Assembly (NCBI GenBank): GCA_051942205.1
Contig: JAVECO010000016.1
Coordinates: 62,001 to 126,000 of the forward strand
Source of the DNA: Coniocarpon cinnabarinum
Lineage: Eukaryota
Length of the DNA stretch: 64,000 bases
Direction: 5' to 3'
Shown: piece by piece, positions 62,057 to 64,000 of the stretch
Position numbering within the stretch: the stretch's first letter is position 1
Layout of the letters: every line of letters starts with the position of its first letter
The notes under the pieces: generated by a model
Told to the model about the DNA's origin: nothing
Seen by the model: only the letters and a program-made list of their open reading frames with translations
Databases searched by the model: none
Program-made: the position numbers and the translations under genes

Positions 62057-64000
62057 ATGGAAAAGCAGCCACCGAGTGATGTCGAGGCTGGCATGCCCAA
62101 GCCTATTCCGCACTTTCAACAGATCTTCAATCAGGGAGTCGTCACCGATGACATACGCAATTGGCATTACAAAGGCTCTGGCACCGACCAAGACCCCTAT
62201 ATCGTTGTCTGGATCGACCATGATCCGCGCAATCCCATGCTTATGCCACAATGGAAGAAATGGTGCCTCGTCTTCATTGCCGCCATTGCGACTTTGGCTG
62301 TGTCTTTTGCGTCCAGTGCATACAGCAGTGGTGTCATCCAAATTGAGCGCCAATTTGGCATTTCTGAAGAAGTCACGTTGCTGGGAGTGTCATTGTTCGT
62401 GGTGGGATTCGCCATCGGGCCATTGCTATGGGCGCCTTTGAGTGGTGGGTTCTTGTCGACTCAGAACTTTGGGGACGACGGGTGGCTGATCGTCTCGCGC
62501 AGAGCTGTACGGTCGTCAATACCTCTTCTTTGGAACATACATGGCTTTCACAGCTTTCAATGCTGGCGCTGCTGGCTCGAAGAATAGCTGGACGCTGATC
62601 ATTCTCCGGTTCTTTGCAGGCGCATTTGGCAGCTCCCCACTGACGAATGCCGGTGGTCTTATTGCGGACATGTTTGCAGCGAATCAGCGCGGAGTGGCCT
62701 TACCACTTTTCGCCGCCGCTGCTTTCCTTGGACCCGCGCTAGGTCCCATTGTTGGCGGCTTTGTCGGTCAACTCGTGAGCTGGCAATGGATTGAGGGTGT
62801 CATTGCAATATTTTCTGGAGTTGTCTGGATTGCTGGTGGATTATGCATTCCGGAAACGTACCCACCTGTACTCTTGCGACAGCGCGCCATGACGTTGACC
62901 AAAGAAACCGGCAAAATTTATAAGAGTCAAGTGGACGCAGACCAAGGCAAAGTAACGTTGGGTCATGCATTCAAGACATCCTTGTCCCGGCCTTGGATCT
63001 TACTTCTTCGCGAGCCGATTGTGTTGTTGCTGTCGATATACATGGCCATTATCTATGGGACTCTGTACCTGTTGTTCGCTGCGTTCCCAATTGTCTACCA
63101 AGAATATCGCGGCTGGAGTCAAGGAATTGGTGGTCTTGCTTTTCTCGGAGTCATGGTCGGCATGCTACTCGCTGTCTGTTACGCAGTCTGGGACAACAAA
63201 CGATATATTAGAGCAGCAAAAAATGATCCAAGCGGCTTTGCACCACCTGAGGCACGATTGCCCCCATGTCTGGTGGGTTCGTTAATCTTACCAATCGGCT
63301 TGTTTTGGTTTGCGTGGACGAATTCACCTAGCATCAGCTGGGTTCCATCAGTCATTGCTGGTGCACCATTTGGCTTCGGAATGGTCCTGGTCTTTTTGTC
63401 AATCATGAACTATCTCATTGACGCGTATGTCATCTTTGCGGCGTCAGTCCTGGCCGCGAACAGTGTCTTGCGGTCATTATTTGGTGCCATTTTCCCTCTC
63501 TTTACCACCTACATGTACGAAAATCTTGGGTGAGTTTCACGTCCCGCTTGAAACTACGTATGGCCGGGACACAGACTGACATACATCTATAGTATCCATT
63601 GGGCTTCTTCCATTCCAGCATTCCTCGCCCTGGCTTGCGTGCCTTTCCCTTTCCTCTTTTACAGATATGGCTACTCAATCCGCGTGCGCTGCAAGTTTGC
63701 TGCGGAAGCCGATCTCTTCCTCAAGAAGATGCGTGGCCAGGTGGATGCAGCGAAGAAAGACCTGGACGAAAGCAGTAGTGATGTTGTCGAAGGCGATGTT
63801 GAAAAAGAGCGTAACGCCGAAAAAGAAGATGAACGTGAACAGGAAGCGTATGATTACAGCTATGACGACGATTGGGAAAAGAGGCAATCAGCCGCCGATG
63901 GTCGATTCCAGAAGATCAAGACGGGTCAGAGTACGACGAGCTTGCAGCAGACCAAGAGTCACGAGTATGAGGCGAGTCCATTCGACCTCGATCGAACGAA
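62057..64000 (+). CDS. MFS drug:H+ antiporter (DHA1 family), 3' end beyond the window
   Basis: [51 protein letters not shown]; introns at about 62444-62502 and 63530-63591. Confidence 0.93.

Noticed and set aside
1..64000. CRISPR arrays, rRNA, tRNA, prokaryotic operons
   Set aside because: Sequence is fungal; no such repeat-spacer or RNA gene patterns were seen

Overview
Eukaryotic DNA from a filamentous ascomycete (Pezizomycotina), judged from GT-AG introns with CTRAC/CTAAT branch sites and CpA-to-TpA RIP damage. The window has three zones. (1) 1-20.5 kb: several degenerate or orphan genes (a fungal STAND N-terminal-domain pseudogene, a truncated SLATT gene), then a conserved core block (separase, DUF5321-like protein, a small orphan gene, ROT1). 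(2) About 20.6-54.6 kb: a ~34 kb accessory island. It holds a RIP-mutated block (two inverted LTRs, a PNP_UDP effector relic ending in an amyloid-like motif, a pogo/Fot1 transposase), an NB-ARC NLR fragment, a HET-domain gene with two nonsense codons, BTB and F-box genes, a RIP-hit EST1/SMG6-like gene, several orphan pseudogenes and a probable NACHT-ankyrin relic. At its right edge lies an intact tandem pair of divergent paralogues sharing a domain I do not recognise. (3) 54.8-64 kb: core genes (NatA auxiliary subunit NAT1/NAA15, agmatinase, CIA30-family protein, DHA1 MFS transporter running off the window). All family assignments come from motif recognition by eye; no database searches were run.
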